The position numbers and the translations under genes are program-made. A DNA stretch of 64,000 nucleotides, from the NCBI GenBank assembly GCA_963788805.1, contig CAWBHU010000005.1:62612-126611 (forward strand), written 5' to 3'. The notes beneath the pieces were generated by a model. It was given only the letters and a program-made list of their open reading frames with translations. It did not search any database and was not told where the DNA came from. Within the stretch, counting starts at the first letter, position 1; each line of letters opens with the position of its first letter. Positions 61,828-64,000 of this stretch are shown here, piece after piece. This stretch comes from an uncultured Alphaproteobacteria bacterium (lineage in GTDB: Bacteria > Pseudomonadota > Alphaproteobacteria > Rhizobiales > Xanthobacteraceae).

Positions 61828-63041
61828 TCACTCGCCAATATCGTATTTCTTACAATCGGATAGATCTGGCTCTGCCAGCTCTTGCCGCTGAATACGCCGT
61901 AGTGGCCGACACCTGCCTGCAAGTGATGGCGCTTGCGGTACGGTCTCAAGCCCGAACACAAATCGTGCGCGGCGAGCGTCTGTCCTACCGAACAAATGTC
62001 GTCGCGTTCGCCCTCCACGGTCAGCAACGTGGTCCGCTTGATGGCTCGCGGATCGACCGGCTCGCCGCGATACGTCAGTGTGCCAAGCGGCAAGACATGC
62101 TCCTGAAACACCAGCCGCACTGTTTCGAGATAGAACTCGGCGGTCAGATCGAGCACCGCGAAATACTCATCATAGAATGCGCGGATCTGCTCGGCCCTGG
62201 CGATGTCGCCCTTGCGGATGTTTTCGTACAAATCCTGGTGCGCCTTGATGTGGCGATCGATGTTCATGCTCATGAAGGCCGCGAGCTGCACGAAGCCGGG
62301 ATAGACGCGCCGTCCGCCGCCCTCATAGCGATGCGGCACGGTGGCGATCAGATTATTCTCGAACCACGAGATTGGCTTGGACCTGGCAAGCTCGTTGACC
62401 TTGCTCGGATTGACGCGCGTGTCGATCGGACCGGCCATCAGCGTCATTGAGCGCGGCTGCGCCGGGTGGTCGGCCTTCGCCATGACCGCGGCGGCGACCA
62501 GCGCGGCGACGCAAGGCTGACACACCGCGATAATGTGCGCACCCTCGCCTATCTTCTCGAGGAAGCGAATCAGGTGAGCGACATAATCGTCGAAGCCGAA
62601 CTCCCGGTGGCTCGCGCTGATGTCGCGCGCATTGTGCCAGTCGGTGATATAGACGTCGTGGTCCGGCAGCATGGTGCGCACCGTGGCGCGCAGCAGCGTG
62701 GCGAAGTGGCCGGACAGCGGCGCGACCAGCAGCACGCGAGGCTGCAACGTCTCGATGTCTTTCCTAAAATGCAGGAGCGTGCCGAACGGCGTGCGGTCGG
62801 CCACCTCCTCGGTGACGGCAACCTCGGCATTGCCGACGGTGATCGTGTCGATGCCATAGGGCGGGCGAACATGGGTCAGGCCCGCGCGTGAGATCAGCTC
62901 GTACGCCGCCGTGAGATTGGAGAGCATCGAGGGGCGCGCCGAGCCGTTGAGGCGCGTATGACCGTTCGTGGCCACGGCAGCCGCCATGGCGCGCACGGGG
63001 CCCATAATGTCGATTTGGGCCTGATAGGCCTGATAGAGCAT
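61824..63041 (-). CDS. phaZ: Intracellular PHB depolymerase
   Basis: VAPLSGHFATLLR, AVCQP, VEGERDDI, VGHYGVFSG. Confidence 0.93.
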   Translation of the reverse strand: MLYQAYQAQIDIMGPVRAMAAAVATNGHTRLNGSARPSMLSNLTAAYELISRAGLTHVRPPYGIDTITVGNAEVAVTEEVADRTPFGTLLHFRKDIETLQPRVLLVAPLSGHFATLLRATVRTMLPDHDVYITDWHNARDISASHREFGFDDYVAHLIRFLEKIGEGAHIIAVCQPCVAALVAAAVMAKADHPAQPRSMTLMAGPIDTRVNPSKVNELARSKPISWFENNLIATVPHRYEGGGRRVYPGFVQLAAFMSMNIDRHIKAHQDLYENIRKGDIARAEQIRAFYDEYFAVLDLTAEFYLETVRLVFQEHVLPLGTLTYRGEPVDPRAIKRTTLLTVEGERDDICSVGQTLAAHDLCSGLRPYRKRHHLQAGVGHYGVFSGKSWQSQIYPIVRNTILASD

Positions 63042-63241
63042 CGCCGTCCTGGGCGGCCCGGCAGCCGCAGGTTCAGGCTAGCGCCCTTTGTGCTGCACTG
63101 CGACATAAAAGTTGCAAAGACCTTGGATAACCGCGCCAAGCCTTATGTTGCACCACGGAAAAAGATTGAATGCCGCCGCCGATCGTCTAAGCTCATCGCG
63201 CCGGGCCTGAATTGACCCACCTCGCCTTTGCGGGAGCGTCC

Positions 63242-63898
63242 ATGGCCAAGGCTATCCTCACCATTGCCAGCAAAAACTATGGCTCGTGGTCGCTGCGGGG
63301 CTGGCTGCTCTGCAGGATGGCCGGGCTCGATTTCGACGAGCAGATGGTCGGTCCCGACGATCCCTCGACCCGCGCCGAACTCCTGCTGCTGTCGCCATCG
63401 TTTCTTGTGCCCGCGCTGCTCCATGATGGCGTCAAGGTCTGGGACACCCTGGCGATCGCCGAATATCTCGCCGAGCTTTATCCCGATGCCGGCCTCATTC
63501 CGGAAGAGCGCGCGGCGCGCGCCCGCTGCCGCTCGATTTCCGGCGAGATGCATTCCGGATTTTCCAATTTGCGCTCGGCCCTCCCGATGAACATCAAGGC
63601 GCATCATCCCGGCTTCAAGATCTGGGCGGGAGCGCAAGCGGACATCGACCGCGTGAAAAGCATCTGGCGCGATTGTCTCGCGCAAAGCAAAGGCCCGTTT
63701 CTGTTTGGCGGGAAGCCGTGCATGGCGGACGCCATGTTCGCACCGGTGGTGACCCGTTTCCTCACCTATGACGTCAAGCTCGACAGCGACTGCGCGGCTT
63801 ACGCGAAGGCGATCATGGCGATGCCGGCGATGCAGGAATGGGTCGAAGCGGCGAAGGCCGAGCCTGAGGAAGTTCTCGAACTCGACGTGGAATTCTAG
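63242..63898 (+). CDS. Glutathione S-transferase family protein
   Basis: KNYGSWSLRGWL, VPAL, WDTLAIAEYL, EMHSGF, ADAMFAPV. Confidence 0.9.
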   Translation: MAKAILTIASKNYGSWSLRGWLLCRMAGLDFDEQMVGPDDPSTRAELLLLSPSFLVPALLHDGVKVWDTLAIAEYLAELYPDAGLIPEERAARARCRSISGEMHSGFSNLRSALPMNIKAHHPGFKIWAGAQADIDRVKSIWRDCLAQSKGPFLFGGKPCMADAMFAPVVTRFLTYDVKLDSDCAAYAKAIMAMPAMQEWVEAAKAEPEEVLELDVEF

Positions 63899-63901
63899 TT
63901 C

Positions 63902-64000
63902 TTACGTCTTGAGCCAGCGGCCGATGCGTTCCATCGCCTCGCGCATCTCGGCAGCCGAACCCGCATAACAGAAGCGGATGAAATCCTTGCCGTGGACCGG
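63902..64000 (-). CDS. C-terminus of a PLP-dependent aminotransferase (partial)
   Basis: PVHGKDFIRFCYAGSAAEMREAMERIGRWLKT*. Confidence 0.6.
   Translation of the reverse strand, partial: PVHGKDFIRFCYAGSAAEMREAMERIGRWLKT

Overview
GC-rich chromosomal segment of a Hyphomicrobiales alphaproteobacterium (Xanthobacteraceae/Nitrobacteraceae-like gene order, my inference). It is mostly core genes: soxW/soxS-like thioredoxins flanking an orphan flagellin, recJ-glpX-hom-alaC, phaC, argC, a TRAP transporter, parE, a pobA-like hydroxylase, a DEAD-box helicase, a diguanylate cyclase, a full suf operon with an Irr box, tyrS, an AsmA/DUF3971 protein, bcp, an M23 peptidase, prfB, PBP1A, amiC, rne, phaZ and a GST. 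Single-base frameshifts break dozens of genes, including essential ones, and are most likely long-read errors; only the prfB shift has the signature of a programmed one. Highlights: (1) an unannotated, apparently leaderless 21-aa leader peptide with an RRRR run and mutually exclusive attenuator-like RNA pairings directly upstream of argC, a candidate arginine-sensing attenuator; (2) an accessory block at about 37.3-45.5 kb with a 1.49-kb tandem duplication of a secreted GloVer beta-propeller, where a 34-bp CtrA-like element and RBS/start module is shared by three genes; (3) an lpxD-ACP-ketosynthase (NodF/NodE-like) module.
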